Below, one piece after another: positions 40,089 through 53,100 of a stretch of DNA of 64,000 bases. This stretch comes from Nageia nagi. Its lineage: Eukaryota > Plantae > Pinophyta. The notes under the pieces were generated by a model that ran no database searches, was not told where the DNA came from, and saw nothing but the letters and a program-made list of their open reading frames with translations. The stretch is taken from contig JBITNC010000001.1 of NCBI GenBank assembly GCA_050084985.1, positions 186,062,001 to 186,126,000 of the forward strand, written 5' to 3'. The position numbers were made by a program, and so were the translations under genes. The stretch's first letter is position 1. Every line of letters begins with the position of its first letter.

Positions 40089-41472
40089 TTTTTTTAGGTT
40101 AAAATTTTTAGGTTAAAAGTTTTAGGTTAGAAAAATTTTTAGGTTATAAAACTTTTTAGGTTAGAAAACATTTTTTGGGTAGAAAAATTTTTAGGTTAGA
40201 AAACTTTTTATGTTAGAAAAAATTTTAGGTTAATAATTTTTAGGTTAATAATTTTATGTTAATAATTTTTAGGTTAATAGTTTTTAGGTTAACAATTTTA
40301 GGTTAATAATTTTAAGGTTAGAAAAATTTTTAGGTTAGAAAAATTTTTTTTGGTTAGAAAAATTTTTAGGTTACAAAAATTTTTAGGTTAGAGAAATTTT
40401 TAGGTTAGAAAAATTATTAGGTTAAAATTTTAGGCTAGAAAAATTTTTTTAGGTTAGAAAACTTTTTAGGTTCAAAAAAATTTTAGGTTAAAATTTTTAG
40501 GTTAAAATTTTTAGGTTAATAATTTTTAGGTTAGAAAAATTTTTAGGTTAGAAAAATTTTTAGGTTGGAAAACCTTTTAAGATAGAAAACTTTTTCAGGT
40601 TAGAAAAATTTTTAGGTTGGAAAAATTTTGTAGGCTTACAAATATTTTTAGGTTTACAAAAATTTTTAGGCTTACAAAAAATTTTAGGTTTACAAAAATT
40701 TTTATGTTTACAAAAATTTTTTAAGTTTATAAAAATTTTTAGGTTTACAAAATTTTTTAGATTTACAAAAAATTTTAGGTTTACAAAACTTTTTAGGTTT
40801 ACAAAATTTTTTTTTAGGTTTACAAAAATTTTTAGGTTTACAAAAAATTTTGTAGGTTTACAAAAATTTCTTGGTTTACAAAAATTTTTACGTTTACAAA
40901 AATTTTTTTAGGTTTACAAAAATTTTTAGGTTTACAAAACTTTTTAGGTTTATAAAAATTTTAGGTTTACAAAAATTTTTAGGTTTACAAAAATTTTTAG
41001 GTTTACAAAAATTTTTTTAGGTTTACAAAAATTTTTAGGTTTACAAAAATTTTATGTTAATAATTTGTTAAGGTTAATAATTTTTAGGTTAGTAATTTTT
41101 TTAGGTTAAAATTTTTTTAGGTTAATAATTTTTAGGTTAATAATTTTTTAAGTTAATAATTTTTAGGTTAATAATTTTTTAGGTTAATAATTTTTAGGTT
41201 AATAATTTATTTTAGGTTAATAATTTTTTAGGATAATAATTTTTATGTGAACAATATTTAGGTTAATAATTTTTTTAGGTTAATAATTTTTAGGTTAATA
41301 ATTTTTTACGTTAATAATTTTTTAGGTTAATAATTTTTTAGGTTAATAATTTTTTAGGTTAATAATTTTAAGGTTAATAATTTTTTAGGTTAATAATTTT
41401 TAGGTTAATAAAATTTTAGTTAATTTTTAGAGTAAATAATTTTTAGTTAATAATTTTTAGGTTATAATTTTT
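40089..41472 (+). repeat. Minisatellite with TTTTTAGGTT core, second copy
   Basis: Same variants in the same block order; slightly shorter. Confidence 0.97.
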
Positions 41473-41918
41473 GTAAGTATCAGTTGTAGCATTGGAGAGA
41501 CATCTTTAGAAAAATGGAGAACACATCATGTAAAACCAAAAAAGCTTATTTATTTCAAAGGAAAAATCATAAGCTTATTCGAATCTCTTATTCCAAAACA
41601 TGTTTCAAGCTAGAAGCTCTCCTCAGCTGGACTATGAGAGATGCAGGATAATGATCTCTATCCGATTATAAATAAGCTCAACTCCACAAAAAATCTCAAA
41701 TTAAGGTTTTCTAAAAATAGAAAATACCCTTAAATGAGTTACAACAAGTAGGTGGAGGAGCAAAAACTAAAGTAAGTATTAACTAACTAAAGTTTTAAAT
41801 GTATGGTTAAAATTAATTAAAAATTTGGAAAAAATAATTTTTACCAAATTAATAATTAATTTTTGAGGTTATGAATAATTGGCATAAGAACTTAAAAGTT
41901 TCAAGGTTAGGGTTTTAG

Positions 41919-43067
41919 AAGCCCTCAAGAACATTAAACAAGATTCAAACATGCTCAAGGGGATAACACCAATAACCTTCACCATACAAAACTTGAAGCA
42001 AATAATCTAATGCAAGGCTAAAGATATCCATGGAAAACCAAGCAAATAAAACACACACAACTCTATCCAAAAATAGCTCAACCATGCAAAAAACATAGAG
42101 CAAAAGTGAACACCAAAAATAGTGATGCACATACATTTGGATAGATAGCAAAAGAAAGGCATGCTTAGAGTGGCATGTTGAAGGCACATATGGACACATG
42201 CATGCATGAGGCACAATGAACAGGAATGCATGGAGTGGTGCATTGAGGGCATGCATGGAGAGGCATGTTGAAGCACAATTATACATTGAAAGGTCATTTT
42301 GGTAAATGGAAAAAAGCTCTAAGGCCCATGATGACTATAAGGGTTGAAGTGAACGTAGTAGTAGGTGGCATTAAGGTGCATAAGTTCTATAAGGGTGATG
42401 AGTTATCATAGGGAATAAGCATGGGACTAGCTAAGGCATCTAGAAGACCCATGTAGCAGGTAGCATTAAGAGGTACACATAGAGCTTGGGTAGTGTCAAG
42501 GTGGAGAACACATTTGGGCAATCGTAGAGTTAAAGTGGATGCTAATGCCATCATGGATGAGGAGCAAAGAGAACTAATGGATGCACAATAGAAGATAGGA
42601 CCCATCAAATAGTATACCTAGTGTGAAATGAGATGGTGGATTTAGATGGGGTCCAGCAAGTAGTGAGAGTTTAAAAGGTGTGATGAGATACCAAAGGGAT
42701 ACACTACGTAAGGTAGTATGAAAAGAGTGGGAGGTGTGTAAAGCAAATGCAACTTGATCACCAAAACGTGCCACACTATAGAAGGTGTGAGATAGAGAGT
42801 CTCAAACATGTAGGCTAAAGTAAAATTTCAAGCCAATAATTTGACCACCAAGCACCAACAGGGAGAGACCCATGAAAAAGATCTATTAAGAAGAGACCTA
42901 GGAGAGTAGGAGGAAGAATCAACTATGAGGAACTGGTGCCAAATCTCCAAGGTTGAATGCTAGGGCTCAAAAATGATGAATCTCCTTGAAGTATTGTAGA
43001 AACTAAAAATGAATATGCAAAATCCTTTAAAATAGAGAAGGGCCAAATTAGAGCAAGAGGAAAGAAC
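41919..43067. mobile_element. Unit-3-specific insert, probably a decayed retroelement fragment
   Basis: Higher GC than its flanks, purine-rich, dense in CATG/TGCA with almost no CG. Absent from the unit 2 junction block. Confidence 0.45.
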
Positions 43068-43524
43068 ATTTTTAGGTTAATAATTTTTGCAAGTATCAAT
43101 TGCAGCATTGGAGAGACATCTTTAGAAAAATGGAGAACACATCATGTAAAACCAAAAAAGCTTATTTATTTCAAAGGAAAAATCATAAGCTTATTCAAAA
43201 TCTCTTATTCTAAAACATGTTTTGAGCTAGAAGCTCTCCTCAGCTGACTATGAGAGATGCAAGATAGTGATCTCCATCTAAGTATAAATAAGCTCAACTC
43301 CATAAAAAATCTCAAATTAGGATTTTCTAAAAATAGAAAATACCCTTAAATGAGTTATAACAAGTAGGTGGAGGAGCAAAAACTAAAGCAAGTATTAACT
43401 AACTAAAGTTCTAAATGTATGGTTAAAATTAATTAAAAATTTGGAAAGAATAATTTTTACCAAATTAATAATTAATTTTTGAAGGTTATGAATAATTGGC
43501 ATAAGAACTTAAAAAGTTTCAAGA

Positions 43525-43749
43525 TTAGGGTTTTAGGATTAGGGGTTTATGATTAGGGTTTTAGGGTTAGGGTTTTAGGGTTAAGATATTAGTGTTAAGG
43601 TTTTAGGATTAGGGTTTTAGGGTCAGGGTTTTTGGATTAGGGTTTTAGGAATAGGGTTTGAGGATTAAGGTTTTATGATTAGGTTTTAGGATTAGGGTTT
43701 TTAGGATTAGGTAGTTTTTAGGATTAGGGTTTTAGGATTAGGTTTTAGG
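43525..43749 (+). repeat. Interstitial telomere-like tract, second copy
   Basis: Same 14-bp unit, more degenerate. Confidence 0.9.
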
Positions 43750-43847
43750 ATAAACCTAAAAATTTTAACATAAAAAAATACTAATGAATGTAGTATAATC
43801 ATTCCTTGCATACCCTAATGGTTATAAAAATTGGGGATCATTAAGAT

Positions 43848-46385
43848 AAGTTGCCACATCTGCATCGAATACTATGATGTAAAGATTATCAAATTATTCT
43901 AAATAAATATAAGCAAATCTCTTTAAAAATTCATAGGCTTTGATGGAAAATTTGGGCATGTGTTGTGATCCTTTCATCTCCTTGATTATGGCATATTTCC
44001 ATTCATCTATTCTCATTTCAATATAACTCCACTCTTAAGCCTTGTTGAATTTGGGGTAGCCCATGTAAATATTTACCTTTCTATTGAATGATCTTTTTAA
44101 TATTGTGGGACCTTGATCTATTCTTGCCTTTATGTAATAAAAATACTATAGGAAATATAAAATAAGGATCTTGTCTTCTTCACTTCTTTAAGCTACTCAA
44201 TCATACCATCATTGATAACCTAACTCTAGCATATGTTATATCCTTTATTGACTTTATACAAGAAACCAAACAAATTCTTCTCAAAATAAATGTTAATATA
44301 TTTACCCAAAATCATGCATAAGTAGCTATTGGCTTTGTTTGAGGTATCATGGAATAATCACCTTTGGGCTTTCATTACAACTTAATGGGCTAGGCCATGA
44401 TGTTTTGGATTTAACAAAGACCAAATGAAGTCATTAGGCCTATATTTGTTATTATATTCTTCATACTTCCAATCATCATCCTCTTTAGTGAAAATAATCC
44501 CTTGATTTGACCAACTCATATCTTTCTCAATACCCTCTTTTGTCAAGTATACAATAATTATTCCTTCTACATTAGTGACCACTTGCCTTGTGAAATCAAT
44601 ATGCTCTGCTACTTTCAAAACTAACAAAGGAAGTTTACCAAAAATGGGATAACTGTAGTTGAAAGAGTGTTGAAGATTTAAGGACATATTTTTCTCTAAC
44701 TTCCTTTGAAATCCCCTTTGCTTCCCTAAACATAAAAACTAGGTTAGTATGATTCCATTTGGGGTCTCTTATATTCTCTAGCCTATCATAGTAATATACT
44801 CTTTGTTTGACTCTTCCATCCTTCTTCAATTCCACAAAATTGCTCTTGGGAAGCTAAGAGTAACCACAAAATTCCTTCTTTGACTTTCTCATCCTAAAAA
44901 TAACAAAGGTCAAATTTAGCCTTCATTTGAAGAAAAGGTAAAATGAGTACAATTTTATCAAAATTTCAATTTTTTAAATTACTATTTTTTCTTCGATCAC
45001 ATTGAGTTATAAACATAGGTGGGTGCAACTATCAAATTTTAACTACTTCACTTTAGGTATGATCTTGTAATGATGTGACAATGAAGGCCTTATTCATATT
45101 GATTTGAAGTTTCAAGATAATGTGATAATGTAATGTTTTGATCAATTTTATATTTTTTTGTCCTTAGTTGCTTTGAGTTTTGATATAACATGATGTGTCA
45201 AGAACCATACATGATCGCTATGAAATGAGTCTCAACTTGATGTGATAGAACAATTAGCAAATTTTCATTCTTGGTTGCTATGAGTTTGAAAGAAAGTTAA
45301 TGCAACCAAAAGAAACTATCATCACTTCTAGTTAATGGTCAATCTGATGTGATGAAGCTATGCCTTATTCTTTCAACTAAATGTGTAATGCAATGTGATA
45401 AAGTAAACAAATTGAATTTTGATCTGGTTTAGTCCATTACAAACCTATTTACTAATATCAACTCAAATAAGATGAAGAGGTGGGTGCAATAACAAAACTC
45501 AAAAAGTCACTTTGAATTGACCTTTGGCTTAGTTTGGTAGTAGTGGCCACTCTCACTAGGAACTAAACATAATATGACATCAGGAATATCTTAATCTCTC
45601 TAAGTTAACTACCAACACACTCCAACAAAATCATAATCAAGGTACTAAGTGAAAAATGAGGGTGGACCTAACTATTTATAGAAAATGATGAAATAGAGGG
45701 ATACATGAAAAGAATTAGATAACATTTCCCTAGAGCAAATGGCTGAAAAATAATGGATAAAGTTGTGTTGGTCAAGGTGAGTAGAATTTATACTCAATGC
45801 AATTGGTTGAAGTGTTGGTCACTTTGAGAAGGTATTCAACTTGATGTGATTGTAAAAATTGCATAGTCAGGGTCAAGTAGATATCAATATAAATGTGAGC
45901 AAAGGAAAAAATATGAAATTAAAACTTCGATATTTTTCATGTAGTTTTCAAAAATGAAGACTATTTTGTTTTCAAATCATGAAGAAAACTAACTTTCACA
46001 TTTTGATGTCCTAAATGAGAACTTAGCCTCAAAAAAAGATTTTGATGCTCATCATTCAATGATTAAGTAGGACCAAGTTTCACTCTTGTCTAGGGTAGGT
46101 GCTTACAATCAAGCTCAAAGGATGATACTCAATGGTATCATGAAATTGATTTCAATGTTAATGTTTAGAATATGTTCTTTCCTATGAGGTGAAAAATGCT
46201 ACCCAACAGTCCAAACTCTTTTAATGATAAAAGATGTGATCTTGATGAACTTTTTATTTTGGATTTTTGATAATTTATTTTTTAGGTATTTTTGTTTAAG
46301 TAGCACAATTGATAAAATATTTTCTAGATACCTAAATTGAGGAAAAGGTTGAACAAAATTATTGATCAAAAATTGGGAAATAACA
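43848..46385. mobile_element. Same retroelement fragment, left-truncated (unit 3)
   Basis: Matches 1023-3563. Confidence 0.45.
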
Positions 46386-47810
46386 ATATCTAAAGGTGAT
46401 AAGAGCTAGATAAGAAAAAAATATTAAAGTAAATAATGTCCTTTTAAAGGATGATATGTTACTAGAATAAGGTGATTTAAATATAGGTAAAAAAAATAGA
46501 GAAAAAACAAGAAGTTAAAAAATTAGTGATTAGAGAAGAGTTAGACCAATAAGGGAGGATTTCATAAATAAAATCCACAATGGTTGAAGAGATGGTCAAA
46601 GATTTTATGTATAAGGAATTAATCCAAGGGGATTAAGGATCCAAAAATAATAAGAATTTATACACAATACATTTCATAAAATAAATTCATTTTAAGTATC
46701 CTTTACCAAAGAGGAAATAATTAACCTTTAGATGATCACAAGTCTCAAGATAATAGTAGATGTGCAAATAGGAGATAAGAAGGTGGGAAACACATATTTA
46801 AGAGAAAATTACATAAAGCAGATATAAAAGAAATATAATAAGGGAAATGATCTTATAATAATATAATGGAATGCTAGGGAAATGAATTACCATAACTAAA
46901 ATAGGTTTTATAGAATATTGAGTAAGAAATATCGACCATGAATAATATTGAATTTGATAATATGTTAGTAAGTACAAACTAGAAAAGCATTCAAAATAAT
47001 CCTTGATTTGGAATAAGGGTAATAGTTGTCATTTGGGATCTACAAAATTTTCAATAAGATTGTTAACCTCATGGAATTATGAACAATTAGAGCAAAAAAT
47101 CATTCTAATGAATGAAATTATCTTTGCTTTTTTTATAAATAATTTTTTGAAGTTGCAAATAATTTTTTTTTTTGGAGAATATATAAATGGTAGAAGAGAT
47201 AAAAAAATATAAAATTTGAGAATACTTAGAGGGAGAATATATAATAATAAAAATATTTTAAAGTGTTAAAAATGATTGTAGTATTAGAATAAAAAGAGTA
47301 GTCAATATATACTATTCAATGGGATATTTCCGAAATAAATGGAAAGAATAACTCCCAAGTTGATCAAAGGAGTGTTATAAAGTGGAAACAACCTAAAGGG
47401 TGGTTGAAAATTAATGTTAATAGGCCTCTAAAGGTAAAATTGAAAATTTTAGAGGAGGAGAAATATTGAGGGTAGAGAGTAAATGTTATAAAGAGAAATG
47501 ATTGGCTAGCTTGGGAACTAGACTAACTAATAAGAAAAAGGTAGAGCAACAATTAAGATGATGTTGCATATGGGAACTACAAAGATTATTTCAGAGGCTA
47601 ATTCACATAATATTGTTACTAGATAAAATAACATGATGGGAATTAACTAGACTTTAAAAAGATTACCTAAGACACACTGACACATCTAATATATCTAGCT
47701 AACTATAAGGTTGTATATGTTTATATATAAGGCAATAAAGTGTTGGACTAGCTGACAAAATTGATTACATTTACAGAAGATGATAACATATGAATACCTC
47801 CAATTGAGTT
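46386..47810 (+). mobile_element. LINE RNase H-containing remnant (unit 3)
   Basis: Paralog of 3564-5000. Confidence 0.8.
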
Positions 47811-48526
47811 TTATCTAAATATATTACAATAGATGGTAGTTGAAAGGTATAATTCAATAAGGTTAGTAATAGACCAATAAAGCCAACTTAAAGTATGTGT
47901 ATTTCTAGACATGCATTATACATTCTAAAAATCTTAGTGATTTTTTTTAAGGAGGTATAGAAATTTTTTAATATCTAATGAACTATATTATAAAAATATA
48001 AATTAATTTTAAGAATATATATAATAATATATGCTTATAAAAGGACTCAATCCCTTTTAAAAATATGTTTTTATCAATATATTTAAAAAAAAAAAAAACT
48101 AAAGTACTTTAAATGAAAAATATTAATAGTTTATTGTATTAATTATACAATAGAGGTGAATACTACTAACAATTTCAATGCAATTTAGGAGTTGTTATAA
48201 CTATTGAAAATCTTTATAATTTTATACAAATTCACTATACAAATTATCATGCATAGAGTTCAGTATTTACAATCTTAAATATTAACTTTAGTTATTTTTC
48301 TTATAATTTACATCTTTAAAGATTTGCAAAAAAATAACTCAAGCTATACATTAAACTTAGTAAAAGAAGCTTCACTATAATGGTTATAGTTTCTACAAGT
48401 TGTTAGAATCCATTATTAGAAAAACATTACTAAGATATTGTTCTATCAAGATGAAAATATTAGATGATCTCATTCATGTTATTACAAGAAGTTGAATAAT
48501 GAAAATGTCAAGTACACATTTGAATA

Positions 48527-48559
48527 ATATATATATATATGTGTGTGTGTGTGTGTATG

Positions 48560-48592
<33 letters not shown>
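48527..48592. repeat. (TA)n(TG)n(TA)n microsatellite
   Basis: Direct reading; paralogous position to the other two. Confidence 0.95.
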
Positions 48593-50149
48593 GATTAATT
48601 TGGTAAATTTTGTATTAATAGAAAAGGTGGAGTTTTGAGAAGTCATCCTAAACTTTGAACATAAATATCATAGGTTAACATTCCACCAAAAAACTTAAAC
48701 AATATAGGCACTAGCTTTTGGTGCTACACACAAAACCAGTTCTAATCTTTACACAAAAGGTGAGATTATCTACAAGAACAACTAGAGACTAATAAATAAG
48801 GAAGGTAATACTAAAGAATGAAATGGAGATTGTAATGATGCTTGAAGAAGTTGACATATTGTGCTTGAAAAAATTGTTTCCTGAATGAAGAGTTCTCTCT
48901 AATGGTCTCATAAGTTGGGTTAAGTGCACTTACATACCGCATCACCTCTGTGACCATTCTATTGTGGATTAACTTATCCACTAGCATTTTAAACATTTTT
49001 ACCTTTATCTTTGATCCTTTCCTTATTAGGATTATAATTAGTTTATTCCATGAGGACACTATATCTACCTCTTCCTCTATACTTTGTTCTAGTTTGTTAA
49101 TCATACCATGGGGCAATTTAGCTTCTTTTGGTTTCCTTACATATCCACTTCACATATTTAATTCAGTATCTATTGTGTTCATTTCTTGATCTAGGTTTGA
49201 TTGAAGCTTTTCATAATCACTTTGTTTTACATCAAACTTCACTAGAGACTCTATAGGACTATCATTCAATTTCCATTTTGCTACATTCAACATTTATTGT
49301 ATTGAAATGTTCTTTTGTTACACTCTTCATAAATGAACTCTATTTTCCTTTACTAAATTTCTAATATTGAAGGGTTTCAGAGTTGACCAATACTCCAAAT
49401 TGATTAATGTTAGAGATAAATCTTGATTACCCTTAGGGGTTTGAGCTTTCTTTTTTTTATGGAATTTCCAAACTTATAGCCTTTTGAAGTTCAACATTTT
49501 GTGCCCTAGTTCTAGAAGCAATGAATGCAAGCTTTTCTTTCTAAGAAGCATTGGTAGACTTCTTAGAAGAAGTAACCCTTGATTCAATAATTACCATGAT
49601 TGAGATAAGGATGGTAGGTAGATCCTTAGCATCAAACTGACTTTTAAAGGACATAAGTATTTTGGGAGATTTCCATTTAGATTCATCAAATAAAACTATA
49701 TTATTAGCAACTTTTTGATTTATAGCCTTTGTGGAAGATAGCTTACCTATGACAACATATAATTTGGATTTAATCTACTTTAAATATGCAACTATGATGC
49801 AATGGTGTAGTGGTAAGGTCTCTTAGTCTTCCTTTATGATATCACAAGTTATAATACCATAGACAAGAGAGAAAACAATACTTATGTATAGGGGTAATAA
49901 AGTAAGTGGTAAAACATGAAGTGCTATTAGAGGCCAATCAAGGTTTCCTACATAGTAGGTTATAAGACTCCCCATTATATATACACAGATATAGAGTCCT
50001 TGGAACTTTACCTTAAACTTTAATTTATTAGAAAAGAAATTATGCCATATAAAATAACATAAATGTTCCACAAAATCAAAATTTTACCCTAAAATTTAGG
50101 GTTATAGGCATAGTGTATTACATTTCTAGGAAAAATGTAGCTAAACAAT

Positions 50150-53100
50150 CAAGGGAATGCTATGAATAAATAAAGATCATGACTCGAGTCAAAACCTCCT
50201 AAATAATTGCATAGTATGCTTCATCAAAAAGCCACTTTTGGTGAGGAAGTAACTAGGATGGTCTTAGAGATAAAATTCTCCCAATACATAGTTAGTATTA
50301 GAATCACAAGAAGTATCAAAGAACTGGAAGAAGATGATCTTAGAAATGCCCTAGTTTGAAGATTTCCCTTTTAGGATTTAATTTGTAGTTGGATTAATGA
50401 TATATGGAGAACCAAAGGAACAATTTTCCTTCTTATGTTTCCTAGAGAACTCTTGATTTTAAAATTTAAATTCAATGAAGATTTATAGAAGGTTATTGTA
50501 CTAGGATAGTACTTCAATGAGAAGAAAGATCTCATAATTAAGAGATAGGATAAAAGCTATGCTAAAAAGATTAAGAATTTTAACCTCATCCAAACCAATA
50601 TCTCCCTACCAAGCTTCAATACTTCATGTTCTCATCCAATAATGATTGCAAGAGTGGCTAAAGAAAATATATCATTAGTCATAATCAAAAGAGCTACCCA
50701 ATTAAAACTCGAATTTATTGATGCAAGATTTATGGTCAATTTGGTTATTATCAAATGATTAATGAGAGAGATAAAATTAAAAATAAAAGATGATATAAAA
50801 TTTATTCAACCAATAATGTATGAAAATATGCTAGTATAGTGTGGTATCTATAAAAATTTTAAACATTATGCCAAAGACTATCTAGAATAGAAAAAAAGAA
50901 GAAGAAAAATGAACCAAAGAAAGAAAACTAAATGAAAATCACACTTGCAAAGGATAACAAGAATGGAAGACTTTCACAAGGAAAAAGGCATGTAAAAATC
51001 AAAAGCATTTTGATAAAACTATTAGAAAACATCCTGATATGATGCTAGTTAAGGAATCTAAAGTGAAAGAAGTATCATTGATACTAAAAGATGGTATTGG
51101 AAATTGTAATATCATATTATGTAATATTTCTCTTTAATATAAATTCACTTAATGCTTAAAGTATCTTTAGATACCTTAAAGCGTTAAGAGAATAAATATA
51201 GAAACACCTTTAACCTTACCCTTGGGTAAAACGAAGGTTAAAGAATGGGTTTCTTCTTATAAATAGAGAGGTATCCTTATTATTATGTAACTTGATCAAG
51301 CATGGTAATGCTTGTATTATAGAGTGGTAGGAATGATCTTAAATTCTAAAATAATTCTTTTTATGTACATTGTTTGAAGTAATTTTTACCTCAAACTATC
51401 CTCATTATTTGTACACATTATTCTTAATCCTTAAGTTGGATAAAATTGTTTTAGTTGTGCACAAATTTTTGTTGGAGTAAAGTTTGTAAACTTTCTCAAC
51501 ATTAGAATTGTTGTGCATCAATCCTTAAAAAATTTCTTGTACACATTAGATAATATACATGTTGGAGTGTAAGTTTTTAAACTTTCTCCACTACACTTAT
51601 TGAGGATAATTCAATATTTATTGCTTTTGCATATGTAAAATGTTTGCTTTAAAAAAAAGTGTATGTTTCTCTCTTCATTTGTAAAGCTTAGTAATATACA
51701 ACAATTATTAATGATGTTACTCTTAAGGGGGAGTATAAAATCCAAGTATTCTATTAAATAATACTTCCATAATTGAAAATTTTATCTTTTTTTATGGATT
51801 GATGCCACATTATTTGGGATGTTTATCCATGTTCATATACGGATGCCATATTTTTTACTTCTATGTTGATTGATTGTATCACATTGCTATTTATTAGCAA
51901 GTATAAAATCCAAGCATGTCTTAAATTTTTGGTTGACTATAAGTATTATCTTGTCATTTATGATGAATTATAGTGCACCATAAATCCAAGCACATTTTTT
52001 AATTCTTGATTATTATAAGTATTGGCTTGGTATCTTTGTGATAACTTATAGTGTATTATTTACCATATTTTTACTTCCATATTGGGAAATTATATTCATG
52101 AAGATATATTGTTTATAGATTATTGGAGTGGTTAAAAAGGTTCTCCTTATCCAAATTTTCAATTTGTTTGATAGAATTTGAATCCATATTGTTGGATTAA
52201 TGCTACCAAATTCTATCATATGCATCTTAACTAGTAGCATATTAAAGTTGGCATATTTTGGCTTGTGCATCTTGATGTGGTAGTCAAGATGCTATTTTGT
52301 GATTTGTTCTTCATCTATGCTACAATATTATTGAAAAAGAATTTAAACCTCCAAATAAACATGTTTGTAAATAGACAAGAACTTATGTATGTGGCTTATG
52401 CTTTTTTTGTAAATTTTGGCTTGGTGTTTGGTCAAGTTGGCATTTGTGGTTTATGCTTTATTTTTTAAATCTTAGCTTTGTGTTGGTCAAGTTAGCATTT
52501 GTGGCTTATAAATCTTGATTTATTCAAGTGGTTATGCCTTTGATGGTTTAGTCAATATGGCATTTGATCGCTTGTGACATGGTTAAGATAACATAATGGT
52601 TATGACTTAGTGGTTTAGTCAAGATGGCATTTGATAAGTTACAACATGGTTAAGATAACATGGTTATATAATTATTTTTTGGTGAAGTTGTCATCAAGGG
52701 GAAGAATTAAATTATGAAACATTATGATGTGATGACACCTTCATATACCCTCAACAAATACAAAATAATGATCTAAAATAAACAAACACAAAAATCAATT
52801 TCTTTATAAATATTGATGATGTTTTTTATATCCTTGATTGAGAATGCATTTATATCACTTGGTTGATTATGCATTTGATAATGTTGTGAATATGTGATAC
52901 TGTTAATCGAATATCATGTTATCCACATGTTATATATAGTTGATGATGTATGTCATCTTTGATGTTATGCATATGTGATGACTTGGTATTTTTGCTTAGT
53001 TTATGGATAACATCTATCTTATATGAGTGTATATGATATATCTAATTGATCTTGTTTATGAGATTCTTGTAGCTTGCAAGTTCTTCTTAAGATTGCAAGT

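Larger units (their letters stand above)
40050..43817. other. Junction block, second copy, with duplicated spacer and a 1.15-kb insert
   Basis: Inverted repeats at 40050-~40114 and ~43752-43817. Spacer present twice, at 41473-41918 and ~43068-43524. Confidence 0.9.

Noticed and set aside
41945-43108. Cluster of Cys/His/Met-rich minus-strand ORFs
   Set aside because: A by-product of CATG/TGCA-rich deaminated sequence, with overlapping frames and no coherent protein.
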